A stretch of 64,000 nucleotides of DNA, from the NCBI GenBank assembly GCA_965243855.1, contig CBDEWE010000003.1, forward strand, positions 4,750,909 through 4,814,908, written 5' to 3'. Below the pieces are notes generated by a model that saw only the letters and a list, made by a program, of their open reading frames with translations, ran no database searches and had not been told where the DNA came from. How positions within the stretch are numbered: the stretch's first letter is position 1; each line of letters opens with the position of its first letter. The position numbers were made by a program, and so were the translations under genes. Of the stretch, positions 1 to 8,891 are shown one piece after another. Origin of the DNA: an uncultured Candidatus Binatia bacterium (lineage in GTDB: Bacteria > Desulfobacterota > Binatia > Bin18).

Positions 1-81
1 GGGACAATCCGCAGCGCCTTTGTCAAAGACCCGGATGGGATCATTATTCAGTTGGACGAAATGGTCCCGGCCCGGACGTAG
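1..81 (+). CDS. VOC/glyoxalase-family protein, C-terminal fragment only (gene begins upstream of window)
   Basis: Frame-1 translation GTIRSAFVKDPDGIIIQLDEMVPART* resembles the typical glyoxalase/VOC C-terminus (F-x-DPDG-x-I-x-L-x-E). Stop codon at 79-81. Partial sequence, so low confidence. Confidence 0.4.
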   Translation, partial: GTIRSAFVKDPDGIIIQLDEMVPART

Positions 82-135
82 ACTCTCGTTTCCCTCTCCC
101 TCTGGGAGAGGGCCGGGGGGAGGGTGTTCTCTCTC
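82..135. terminator. GC-rich inverted repeats between convergent genes (probable bidirectional terminator)
   Basis: ccctct-ggg-agaggg hairpin and ggagagag/ctctctcc pairing lie between the + strand stop at 81 and the - strand stop at 136. There is no clean U-tract. Confidence 0.3.
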
Positions 136-912
136 CTAATGCCCGACCTCTGTCGGCTGTGGCTGAGCCTGTTTGGTTCGGATGGCCTTGGCCCGAGCGG
201 CCATCTCCTCAGCCTCGTCCTCACGACTGAGCTTTTGCAGCAAATCGACATATTTTTCGAGGATGACGGCCACTGCCGGATGGTCCGTGCCGAGTTTCTC
301 CTCGCGGATCTCAAGCGCCTGCCGAAAGAGCGGCTCGGCCTCTGCATACTTGCCCTGGGCAATGGCCAACTCGGCCAGTCCGCTGAGGCTGGTCGAGACG
401 GCAGGGTGAGTCGGCCCAAGCGCCTGCTGTCTGATTGTCAGCGATCGCTGAAAATACGACTCCGCCTCGGTGTAGCGTTCCTGGCTCATATAGACGGCGG
501 CCAGATTGTTGAGACAATTGGTGATGCGGTAATGCGTAGGGCCCACCAGGGCTTCGGCGATTGTCAGCGCGCGCTGGAGAAAGGTCTCGGCTTCGGCGTA
601 GCGGCCGAGTTCCCGGTACAGCGAGGCCAGATTATTCAGGCTCTGCGCCACCCACGGATGGTGGGGCCCGTAGTGCGCCTCCCGGATGGACAAGGCCCGT
701 TCATAATAGCCGGTGGCTTCGGCCCGCTTGCCCTGATTATGCGATAAGCTTCCCAGGTTGTTCAGGACAACGGCGACGCGGGAGTCCTGTGAGCCAAACT
801 TTTCCGCCTCTTGGAGGGCCGTGCGGAGTTGTTGCTCGGCTTCGACATAATGACCTTTTTGATACAGCCGTGCGCCCGCCTCGTTTGCCGCCTCCCAGGT
901 GGTGTCACTCAT
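136..912 (-). CDS. tetratricopeptide-repeat protein (TPR_10/TPR_12, kinesin-light-chain-like repeats)
   Basis: 258 aa made of repeated 42-aa units (A-E-A-E-x-L-x-x-R-A-L-x-I-x-E-x-x-L-G-x-x-H-P-x-V-A). Confidence 0.8.
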   Translation of the reverse strand: MSDTTWEAANEAGARLYQKGHYVEAEQQLRTALQEAEKFGSQDSRVAVVLNNLGSLSHNQGKRAEATGYYERALSIREAHYGPHHPWVAQSLNNLASLYRELGRYAEAETFLQRALTIAEALVGPTHYRITNCLNNLAAVYMSQERYTEAESYFQRSLTIRQQALGPTHPAVSTSLSGLAELAIAQGKYAEAEPLFRQALEIREEKLGTDHPAVAVILEKYVDLLQKLSREDEAEEMAARAKAIRTKQAQPQPTEVGH

Positions 913-992
913 AGCGTCCCCTTTTGCCCAGCGGTCCGAACATGCCCATGTGTAGCAGCCCGTGTGAGAAACTGCGAGGCATTGGTGGAGAC

Positions 993-1460
993 TTACGCTG
1001 ATGAAACCATTCTGATGACCGGCAGCAACACGTCGTTCCTGCGAACTGTTGACCGTTCAACCTCGACAAATCCGGCCTTTTTATAGAAGCCCTGAGCATT
1101 GAGGGTGGATTCCAAATAGACATCCCTTTGAGACCCGGCTCGTGCGGCTGTCAGGGCCTGTTCAAGGAGTAAAATGCCCACTCCTTGTTTGGCGCATTCG
1201 GGCGCAACATAGATGGCGTGAATCTCGCCAGGAATAGCCTGCCCGAAACCGAGAACGGAGAGGCCGTCGGTGGCGACAAACATTTCTCCTCTTCCAATGC
1301 CCGGAAGGTAACCTTGTGGAGAACGATTTTTCAGCCAGCCCGCAATCTGCTCGGACGAGTAATGTCCTTTGCACAGGGTTTTGACCGACTGGGTATGAAT
1401 TTCATGAATCCGCCCGGCATCATCGACCGTTGCTTGGCGGATTCTTAATCCCTGCTGCAC
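993..1460 (-). CDS. GNAT family N-acetyltransferase
   Basis: 155 aa. N-terminus IRQATVDDAGRIHEIH, and an acetyl-CoA pocket signature near the C-terminus (QGVGILLLEQ...GFYKKAGF). Confidence 0.8.
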   Translation of the reverse strand: MQQGLRIRQATVDDAGRIHEIHTQSVKTLCKGHYSSEQIAGWLKNRSPQGYLPGIGRGEMFVATDGLSVLGFGQAIPGEIHAIYVAPECAKQGVGILLLEQALTAARAGSQRDVYLESTLNAQGFYKKAGFVEVERSTVRRNDVLLPVIRMVSSA

Positions 1461-1484
1461 GAGACTCTCTTTGGATACCTGAGC

Positions 1485-2819
1485 TTACGCCGCTTCTCGA
1501 ATCACCGGCAGGCCGTCGGATGGAGCAAACGTAATACTCCGCCGGACAACACGCACGGTATGTCCCGGCACTGGCCGGAGTGAGACCCGAGACAACATCT
1601 GGGCGAGGACGATTTTCATCTCATAGGTGGCAAAGGCCGCACCCAGACAGTGGCGGACTCCGCCGCCAAAGGGGAAAAAGGTGTAGGGATCAACGCGTTT
1701 CCCAACAAACCGGTCGGGGTTAAACGTCTCGGGCTCAGGCCACAATTCCGGTCGCCGGTGGGTGAGGTAAATACACGGCGCGGCCACACAGTCCGCAGGT
1801 ATTTCGTACGCCCCGATCTGGGTGGGCTGTTCGAGATAGCGAACCACGACCGGAACAATAGGATTGAGTCGGGCCGTCTCTTTGATGGTCGCATCAAGAT
1901 ACTCAAGCTCGGAAATATGCTCGGCTCGTATGGGACTCCCTCCGACCACGCGCTGGAGCTCGGCGCGAACTTTTTCGAGAACGTCCGGGTTTTGTAACAG
2001 GCGGTGAACGACCCAGGAGAGCGAAGTGGCGGTGGTCTCATGTCCGGCCAGCAGCATGGTGATCATCTCATCGCGTAGCTCTTGATCGCTCATGGGCTGC
2101 CCATCTTCGTCTCGGGCTTCGATGAGCATGGCCATGATGTCGGTGCGTCCGTTTTGGGCTGCGGCTTTGCGTTGGGTAATCTGCTCGTACAGCACCGTAT
2201 CGATTTCGCGACCGAGTTGACTGATGCGCTGCCACGAGGTGAGCGGTCCCAGGTTGACTTGCAGCCAACGTATTAAGAGGAGAGGGCTACTCCCTACGAG
2301 TCTGAGAAACTCAATCAGCAAGGACCGCAGTTTCTGGAGCAGTGCGCCTTCGTCCACGCCAAAGACGGTCCGCAGAATGATGTCAAGCGTGATGGCCTGC
2401 ATGCGTTCGTGAATGGGGAAGGGCTGTTCCACCGGCCAGTTGTCAATCGACCGATCTGCCGCCTCGCGCATGATCTCGCCATAGAGACGCATGCGTTCGC
2501 CATGAAACGGTGGCATGAGCAGTTTGCGCTCCCGTTTATGGCGTGCGCCATCAAGCAACAGGACTGAGTTCTCGCCCAAAATCGGTTTGAGGACCACATT
2601 CCCCCGACCCGCCAGGGCGCGCTCGGGTGAGGCGGTAAAGATCTGTTTAATGGCAACCGGATCGCTAAAGAACGCGGTCGGCGGCGTATTGAGCCAACGC
2701 ATGGTGAAACACTCGCCATACTCCTGGGCATATTTCCGCATGATGGGGATGGGCCTGCGAACCCAGTTCAGCGTCTGGAACAGCCGGGGGAGCCTCGGGC
2801 CGGGGGGAAGGGAGCTCAT
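1485..2819 (-). CDS. cytochrome P450 monooxygenase
   Basis: 444 aa. Heme-thiolate loop FGGGVRHCLGAAFA, ExxR motif (ETARL), and I-helix AGHETT. Confidence 0.9.
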   Translation of the reverse strand: MSSLPPGPRLPRLFQTLNWVRRPIPIMRKYAQEYGECFTMRWLNTPPTAFFSDPVAIKQIFTASPERALAGRGNVVLKPILGENSVLLLDGARHKRERKLLMPPFHGERMRLYGEIMREAADRSIDNWPVEQPFPIHERMQAITLDIILRTVFGVDEGALLQKLRSLLIEFLRLVGSSPLLLIRWLQVNLGPLTSWQRISQLGREIDTVLYEQITQRKAAAQNGRTDIMAMLIEARDEDGQPMSDQELRDEMITMLLAGHETTATSLSWVVHRLLQNPDVLEKVRAELQRVVGGSPIRAEHISELEYLDATIKETARLNPIVPVVVRYLEQPTQIGAYEIPADCVAAPCIYLTHRRPELWPEPETFNPDRFVGKRVDPYTFFPFGGGVRHCLGAAFATYEMKIVLAQMLSRVSLRPVPGHTVRVVRRSITFAPSDGLPVIREAA

Positions 2820-2954
2820 AGAAAAAATCTACGAGACTCTGAGGCGAAGGGCAAGGTGGGAACAACGTGTCTCCTGGATGAGAAGACTTTTTCGTGTTGT
2901 GCCTCTCCACGTTTCACACTTATAAAGCATCCTCGACGGAATGGAGGTTCAGAC

Positions 2955-3062
2955 ATGAGCCCGGCACAGGCACTCACCACCGTCTTTTTAGTTTTCCTCG
3001 TAATGGGGCTGATCGGTTTGTTGATCGTTTTTACCGACAGAGGGCTGAAGTGGAAGAAATAA
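2955..3062 (+). CDS. small hydrophobic membrane peptide (35 aa), function unknown
   Basis: GGAGG Shine-Dalgarno 6 nt upstream of the ATG at 2955. Sequence MSPAQALTTVFLVFLVMGLIGLLIVFTDRGLKWKK: one TM helix and a basic C-terminal tail. Sits in an AT-rich islet. Confidence 0.4.
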   Translation: MSPAQALTTVFLVFLVMGLIGLLIVFTDRGLKWKK

Positions 3063-3074
3063 TGCTCTACCAAT

Positions 3075-3488
3075 TTATTTTGCTGTTCTGAGTCCGGCTT
3101 TATTGAGTGTAAGCAGACCTCCACTTAATGCTTGAGTATAAAGACCCTTACAATCAATCAGATTGACTTTTAATTGGGTGGAACGAACCTCCCGGATATA
3201 TAATCCACATTTTATCTCTTCGGCCTCTTCTTCGCTTTGTAGTTTGAAAACGGCCTCTGACCTATCAACATTGTCTTTTTGACCCAGCATCATAAAAGTC
3301 CCTGGCAAACTCCATATGGATAACTTCTTAAATCGTGGGTCAGAAGCGATTTCTTTTTTCAGTCTTTCCTTTACCAGATGCTTTAGAGCCGGCTCCCGAT
3401 ATACGGCCAGGTTCTCTCTGTTTTCCCTGGAGGAGCAGGAAAACATAAAAAAGAGCGCGAAAAATAAGGAGAGCGCTTTCATCCTCAT
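3075..3488 (-). CDS. lipoprotein of unknown function (AT-rich, probably horizontally acquired)
   Basis: 137 aa with signal peptide MRMKALSLFFALFFMFS|CSS (lipobox). The gene is about 42% GC against roughly 60% in the flanks. Confidence 0.6.
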   Translation of the reverse strand: MRMKALSLFFALFFMFSCSSRENRENLAVYREPALKHLVKERLKKEIASDPRFKKLSIWSLPGTFMMLGQKDNVDRSEAVFKLQSEEEAEEIKCGLYIREVRSTQLKVNLIDCKGLYTQALSGGLLTLNKAGLRTAK

Positions 3489-3518
3489 CAGTGCGGAGCG
3501 ACACCTGATACCACAGGC

Positions 3519-4715
3519 TTAAATCACCTCGTCTTCTTTGAGCGTCCGAATCTCGGCCTCGGACAATCCCAGCAATTTGCTGTACACCAGTTCGTTATGC
3601 TCGCCCAGATTCGGACTCGGGGTGTCGTTGGGAGGTTGCTGGTCGTTAAAGCGCCAGGGCGCACCGAGCACGGTGACAGGACCGGCGGTGGGATGATCGA
3701 TATCCTTGAGGATGCCGCGTTCGCGCAGGTGAGGGTCGTTGAGGACTTCTTCGACGGTCTGGACCGCCCCACAGGTGATATCCGCCTCGCCACACAGGCG
3801 CATGATTTCGTGTTTTGGATGACGTGAGGTCCAGGCGCTGACAATCTCATCCACTTCATCCGCGTGTTTGGAGCGGGCTCTATTGGTCGCGAATTTTTCG
3901 TCCCGGGCGATATCCTCACGTCCCATGAGGGTACACAGCGCCTGCCAGCGCTGGTTGTCCGAGGTCAGCAGTAAGACATAGCCGTCACTGGCGGGATAGC
4001 AGTTATACGGAGAGAAGGCGCGATTCGGCGCCCGGTTGCCGGCGCGCTCATAGCTGCCGCCTTGGGCGCGGTAGGCCGATATCTGGGCGGTCAGCGGTCC
4101 GATGGCCGACTCGAACAGCGAGGTTTCTACTTCGAGCCCCTCTCCGGTGCGGTCGCGCTGATGCAGGGCGGCCAGTATGCCGGCCGCAAAATGGATGCCT
4201 GCCATAATGTCCATAATCGGAGGTCCGGCCTTCATCGGTGGCCCGGCTGGATCGCCCGTTGTGCTCATGATGCCGGACAGGGCTTGGACAATGGAGTCAA
4301 ACGCGGGGTAGGCGCTGTACGGGCCGGTCTTGCCATAGCCCGAGCTTGACGCGTAAATGATACGCGGGTTGATACGCTTCAAGTCCTGATAGCCCAGCCC
4401 CAACTTGTCCATGGTCCCGGCGGTAAAGTTCTCGACGACAATATCGGCGTGTGTCACAAACTGTTTGAACAGCTCTTTGCCGCGTTCGGATTTGAGATTG
4501 AGCGTGATGCCTTTTTTGTTCGAGTTGAGCATCACAAAGGGATAACTCTGCTTTTCGGTGTCCGGAATGGGAAAAATACTACGCGCGCGCTCACCGTAGG
4601 GACGCGGCTCGATCTTAATGACTTCGGCGCCGAGCAGACCCAAAACTTGGGCGGCATAGGGACCGTTAAAGACGTGGGTGAGATCAAGAACGCGGATATC
4701 ATCGAGTGCTCGCAT
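3519..4715 (-). CDS. CoA-transferase family III (CaiB/BaiF-type)
   Basis: 398 aa. N-terminus IRVLDLTHVFNGPYAAQVLGLLGAEVIKIEP is the family-III signature. Confidence 0.85.
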   Translation of the reverse strand: MRALDDIRVLDLTHVFNGPYAAQVLGLLGAEVIKIEPRPYGERARSIFPIPDTEKQSYPFVMLNSNKKGITLNLKSERGKELFKQFVTHADIVVENFTAGTMDKLGLGYQDLKRINPRIIYASSSGYGKTGPYSAYPAFDSIVQALSGIMSTTGDPAGPPMKAGPPIMDIMAGIHFAAGILAALHQRDRTGEGLEVETSLFESAIGPLTAQISAYRAQGGSYERAGNRAPNRAFSPYNCYPASDGYVLLLTSDNQRWQALCTLMGREDIARDEKFATNRARSKHADEVDEIVSAWTSRHPKHEIMRLCGEADITCGAVQTVEEVLNDPHLRERGILKDIDHPTAGPVTVLGAPWRFNDQQPPNDTPSPNLGEHNELVYSKLLGLSEAEIRTLKEDEVI

Positions 4716-4840
4716 AGACAGTTCCCCTCATCAGCGGTCAGCTATCAGTCGAGGCAGGGAAAGGCAAGCAAGCGCAGGGGATTTCCTGAGAGGAGAAGAA
4801 AGGAGTACAAAGAGGAAGGATAACACCCAGGAGGTGGACT

Positions 4841-6277
4841 ATGCTGGATCTCATCATTAGCGGGGGAACCGTTGTGACGCCCCATACCACAGCGGAACTG
4901 GATGTAGGCATTACCGGGGAGCATATCGTTGCCGTGGGCCAACCGGGAACTCTGAGTGCCTCTGCCGGACGGGTAATCGATGCAACGGGCAAAATCGTTC
5001 TGCCGGGCGGGATTGAGCCCCATGCCCATATTGGTATTCCCGTCCCGCCGGACTGGACCGGCCAGCCGGACGTGATGACCCAGCCTCCCGAGGCGGCCAG
5101 TCGGGCGGCCGCGTTCGGCGGGGTGACGACCATTATCGATTTTGCCGGCGACCTGTCCCGTAAGGCGCTGCGCGGAGAACGGCGCCGCCCGCTGCTTGAG
5201 GTGCTTGAGCGCCGGCGGACCGTCTTTCGCGACCACTGTTACACGGACTTCGCCTTTCACTACATGCTTGCCGGGGAATGCGGACACCAGGCCGCGGGCC
5301 AGATTGCCGAGGCATTACAAGAGGGCGTGGGCAGCTTCAAGATTTTTACCACCACGGAGGTGCGTATCCCGTACGGACATCTGTGGGAGATTTTTGCTGA
5401 AGTGGCCAAACACGGCGGTATGATGGCCGTCCACGCGGAAGAGGACGAGGTTGTGAATTATATGCTTGAGAAGCTCAAGCGTGAGGGGCGCGACCAAGCC
5501 TATAATATGCACCTCGTCCATAACAATCTGTCCGAAGACTTGGCCTTTCGGACGATCATTCGTCTGGCCGAGCACACCGGTACGGGGGTGTATTTCGTCC
5601 ATACCACGGCCAAAGAAGGCGTGCGCGCCATTGCCGAAGCGCGCCAATCTGGCCAGCCCGTATACGGCGAAGCCCTGCATCACTATCTGCACTTCACCTG
5701 TGAAGATTATAAGAAGCCGGACGGCATGGCGATTCATACCTATCCGGCGCTGAAATTCGCCGACGACCGAGAGGCTCTGGTGGACGGGTTGCTCGACGGA
5801 CGCCTGTGCACCACGGCCACGGACGAGTATACGACCTATAAAGGCCCCAAACTGTTCAGCGATCGTATCGAATCCATCTGCGGTGGGCATAACGGCATCG
5901 AAACGCGCATCCCGGTGGCGTTCACGAAATGTGTAGTCGAACGGGGGATGCCGCTCCAGCGCTTTGCCGCCATCATCGCCACCAACGCAGCCAAGATTCT
6001 GGGTCTGTATCCGCAAAAGGGCGCCATTCAGCCGGGCAGTGATGCGGATATTGTTCTGCTCGACCCTCAGTTGACCAAAACACTTGCCGTGGAGGATCTG
6101 CACGCCGACTCTGACTACAGCATTTGGGAAGGGTATACGTGCCAGGGCTATCCGGTGATGACGCTCTTGCGTGGGAAGGTGATTGTTGAAGACGGCAAGC
6201 TCGTCGGCCACTCGACGGACGGGCGCTGGCTGAAGCGCAAGGTCGGGGGGGATGTTTTGGTTCGGCCCGCTCTGTGA
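4841..6277 (+). CDS. D-hydantoinase/dihydropyrimidinase-family cyclic amidohydrolase
   Basis: 478 aa. GGIEPHAHIG (HxH metal site), and FKIF lysine in the context of a carbamylated lysine. Overall DHPase/hydantoinase architecture. Confidence 0.85.
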   Translation: MLDLIISGGTVVTPHTTAELDVGITGEHIVAVGQPGTLSASAGRVIDATGKIVLPGGIEPHAHIGIPVPPDWTGQPDVMTQPPEAASRAAAFGGVTTIIDFAGDLSRKALRGERRRPLLEVLERRRTVFRDHCYTDFAFHYMLAGECGHQAAGQIAEALQEGVGSFKIFTTTEVRIPYGHLWEIFAEVAKHGGMMAVHAEEDEVVNYMLEKLKREGRDQAYNMHLVHNNLSEDLAFRTIIRLAEHTGTGVYFVHTTAKEGVRAIAEARQSGQPVYGEALHHYLHFTCEDYKKPDGMAIHTYPALKFADDREALVDGLLDGRLCTTATDEYTTYKGPKLFSDRIESICGGHNGIETRIPVAFTKCVVERGMPLQRFAAIIATNAAKILGLYPQKGAIQPGSDADIVLLDPQLTKTLAVEDLHADSDYSIWEGYTCQGYPVMTLLRGKVIVEDGKLVGHSTDGRWLKRKVGGDVLVRPAL

Positions 6278-6298
6278 TGCTATTGTCCGCCTGACAGA

Positions 6299-6356
6299 TC
6301 ATGATTACGTAGGACCCGCAACAACACCAGCGCTTTCAAAAGGAACGCGTCTAGCC
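6299..6356 (+). pseudogene. decayed ~55-bp duplicate of the 5' end of tam (codons 1-18), interrupted by two TAG stops
   Basis: atgattacgtaggacccgcaacaacaccagcgctttcaaaaggaacgcgtctagccgt aligns at about 89% identity to 8004-8060 (atgactacgtgggacccgcaacagtatcagcgctttcaaaaggaacgcgcccagccgt). It translates M-I-T-*-DPQQHQRFQKERV-*. Confidence 0.6.
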
Positions 6357-6690
6357 GTCGGTCCATGCCTGACTTTTTGCGGCACCAGCATGTTCTATTA
6401 TACAGGTCCATCTGAAATATTTGAGGCTTCTCACACGAGATCAATTCGTGAGAGTTTGTCTGAGGGAGGAAATCCCTAACTGGAAAAATAGAGCAATATC
6501 AGGTATATACTCCAGAGTTCCTTACGCGGTTTCACCGAAGCGAGGCTGGCTGCTCTGGGGATACGTGTTGGTAAAAACAAAAGAATTTTCTGCGGCATTG
6601 TATGTACCAGTATTGTTGTCATTGGCCGTGCTTTCGCATCATTTCATTCGAACCTCCAGCTCCGATCTTTCGACGTGGAAGGGAGGCGGG

Positions 6691-7098
6691 ATGGGGATGT
6701 TTTCGACCCAGGACGATCACGACACACGCTTTGTATCGATTTGGCTGGAGACCGAAGCGGGTGAGTTTATAGCCGCAAGGAAGAATATCGGGAAGCCTCT
6801 AGACCGCTATGTGGCTGAACCCACCGCCTCCAATTTGCAGGCCCTCTGCCGACATCTTGGCGAGGTCGTCTGGATTGACGCAAGACAGAGCAGAACCCCT
6901 ATTCACACCACCGAAAGCGCCGAGCCGGTTCCAGTGGCTATGGTTCAACGTGTGGCATCCGCCGTAGGTGAGCCCCTCATTACTCGTCGTATTCGCGTGA
7001 CTGGCTTTAAGCTCGTTGTGGACGTAGCCAGCGGAGAGCTGCACCACCAAACTCTTGGAACCCTCAATTGCGCAGCGAGCCGTGATGGGCGCAGTTGA
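6691..7098 (+). CDS. hypothetical protein (135 aa), likely partner of the downstream HTTM membrane protein
   Basis: Strong SD (GGGAGG) 5 nt upstream of the ATG at 6691. The longer ORF beginning at 6421 runs through AT-rich sequence that is unlikely to be coding. I recognise no known motif. Confidence 0.45.
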   Translation: MGMFSTQDDHDTRFVSIWLETEAGEFIAARKNIGKPLDRYVAEPTASNLQALCRHLGEVVWIDARQSRTPIHTTESAEPVPVAMVQRVASAVGEPLITRRIRVTGFKLVVDVASGELHHQTLGTLNCAASRDGRS

Positions 7099-7981
7099 TC
7101 GTCTTCGCAGCCACCCTGTGGTGGGGCAGTTAGCCGGTGCGACACCGTGCGATTCTTTTACTGTCATCACCTCTCTCACCCTTGGTATTCTTGTCTTTCG
7201 CGGCTACCGTCACGACTATTTTGAAATTCCCTTTCAGTTGCTCTTTGTCGCATTCTTGCTTGTTCCCAGGCTCCGCACCCAGGCTCTATTCTGGTTTTTG
7301 ATTGCCTGTTTCAGCGGCGCGGCCTTATGGCTCGACTGGCGGTCTGCCGACAACCACAAATATCTGCTGTTCTACTGGCTCGTGACCGTCTTTCTTGTCT
7401 GCGCACAGGGTGAACAGGAGCGACCTCTTCTGGTCAAAAAGGTCGCCCGCTATCTGCTGTGCTTCACCATGACGCTTGCCGTGGCGCAAAAATCTCTCTC
7501 GCCTGACTATTTGAGTGGTGATTTTTTTCAATTTGTCCTTATGACAGATGAACGCTTTAGCGCTGTGGCTGCCCTATTCTGTGGCATTGCCCCCGAGGTT
7601 CTTGAAGCAAATCGGGTGCTGTACCGCCAAGCCTCGGACCCGGTGAACCTGAACGCCACCTTCCCCCTCCTTTTCAGGAATGAAAAACTGGTATTGCTTG
7701 CCGGCGTCATGACGTGGCTCAACTACCTGATCGAGGCCGCCATTGCCGTGCTTGTTCTGCTTCCGCTGTCAGTCCGTTGGTCAATCATCATGCACCTGCT
7801 GTTAGTCGGCTTTATCGCTGCCGTCTATGCTGTGGCTCCGGTCCTTGGCTTCGGTTGGCTGCTGATTATTTGGGGTTATTGTCTCGTGCCCAACGAACTT
7901 GTCGCACTCCGCCTCAGTTATATTGCCTTATTTTTGCTTCTGTGTGTGTATGAAGCCCCGTGGTTGAGCTTGTTGGTGTGA
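7055..7981 (+). CDS. HTTM-domain (vitamin K-dependent gamma-carboxylase-like) polytopic membrane protein
   Basis: 308 aa, about 8 TM segments. The motif LDWRSADNHKYLLFYW matches the vertebrate gamma-carboxylase LDKTSWNNHSYLYGLL region (L-D-x-x-S-x-x-N-H-x-Y-L). The start may instead be at M7085. Confidence 0.55.
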   Translation: MEPSIAQRAVMGAVDRLRSHPVVGQLAGATPCDSFTVITSLTLGILVFRGYRHDYFEIPFQLLFVAFLLVPRLRTQALFWFLIACFSGAALWLDWRSADNHKYLLFYWLVTVFLVCAQGEQERPLLVKKVARYLLCFTMTLAVAQKSLSPDYLSGDFFQFVLMTDERFSAVAALFCGIAPEVLEANRVLYRQASDPVNLNATFPLLFRNEKLVLLAGVMTWLNYLIEAAIAVLVLLPLSVRWSIIMHLLLVGFIAAVYAVAPVLGFGWLLIIWGYCLVPNELVALRLSYIALFLLLCVYEAPWLSLLV

Positions 7982-8003
7982 AACTCTCTCATTCAGTGTT
8001 TTT

Positions 8004-8795
8004 ATGACTACGTGGGACCCGCAACAGTATCAGCGCTTTCAAAAGGAACGCGCCCAGCCGTTTTTCGACTTAGTGAATCGTCTGCCGGATGGCGAGGTGA
8101 CAACCGCCGCCGATTTGGGCTGCGGACCGGGTACGCTCACGGCGACTCTGACCGAACGCTGGCCCCATGCAACCGTGTGGGGGGTGGATAATTCGCCCCA
8201 GATGTTGGCCAAGGCCAGGGGGCTGCCGGCTCAGCCTCGGCTGCATTTTGTGGAAGCGGATATTGTCGAGTGGTCCCCGCCGCAGCGGCTGGACCGCATC
8301 ATCTCGAACGCGGCCTTGCACTGGGTGCCCGAGCATCAAGCCGTTTTACGGCGTTTGGTCGGCCTGCTGACTCCACACGGCGTGCTGGCGGTACAGGTGC
8401 CGAACAATCATGCCGAGGCCGCCCACCGGATTCTGCGTGAGTCAACGCAGCAAGAGCCGTGGAGGTCGCTGCTGGCCGGCTCGGAGGAGCGTTTCACGAT
8501 ACAGACCCCCCGCTGGTATGCCCAAACGCTCCATGCCCTGGGATGTACGGTCCAGGTATGGGAGACGATTTACTATCATCTCTTGTCCGGTGAGAATGCG
8601 GTCCTGGAATGGATGAAAGGCACGGCCCTGCGACCGACGCTTGAGCGTTTGGGCCAACGCCTCGGTCAGGACGGACAGGCCGCATTTCTGGACATGTACG
8701 GCCAGAAGCTCGCCCAGGCGTATCCGGCCGGTCCGAACGGGACGCTGTTTCCTTTTCGCCGCCTGTTCTTTATTGCGCAGCGCGATAAGCCCTGA
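8004..8795 (+). CDS. tam: trans-aconitate 2-methyltransferase
   Basis: 263 aa. N-terminus W-DP-QY-RF-ER, SAM motif DLGCGPG, VEADI, and C-terminus FPFRRLFFIA. All are collinear with E. coli Tam. Confidence 0.85.
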   Translation: MTTWDPQQYQRFQKERAQPFFDLVNRLPDGEVTTAADLGCGPGTLTATLTERWPHATVWGVDNSPQMLAKARGLPAQPRLHFVEADIVEWSPPQRLDRIISNAALHWVPEHQAVLRRLVGLLTPHGVLAVQVPNNHAEAAHRILRESTQQEPWRSLLAGSEERFTIQTPRWYAQTLHALGCTVQVWETIYYHLLSGENAVLEWMKGTALRPTLERLGQRLGQDGQAAFLDMYGQKLAQAYPAGPNGTLFPFRRLFFIAQRDKP

Positions 8796-8891
8796 TAACA
8801 CTCCGGGCCACCCTGCCACTCACGGAGTCGGCTGAGCCCAGCACAAGCCAACGAGCGGGCAGTCCACCATCAGCGGTGTTGAGAGAATATT

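Noticed and set aside
5315-6211. 298-aa minus-strand ORF antisense to the hydantoinase gene. Similar long antisense ORFs occur at 12732-13646, 14542-15612, 18032-18694, 29237-30202, 41746-42924 and 54064-54759.
   Set aside because: These are typical stop-poor antisense frames in 60% GC DNA. There are no motifs, the composition is Arg/Gly/Pro-rich, and each overlaps a well-supported gene on the other strand.
6421-6690. 90-codon upstream extension of the 6691 gene
   Set aside because: AT-rich and no SD. The internal ATG at 6691 has a GGGAGG SD, so the upstream part is more likely a promoter or insert boundary.
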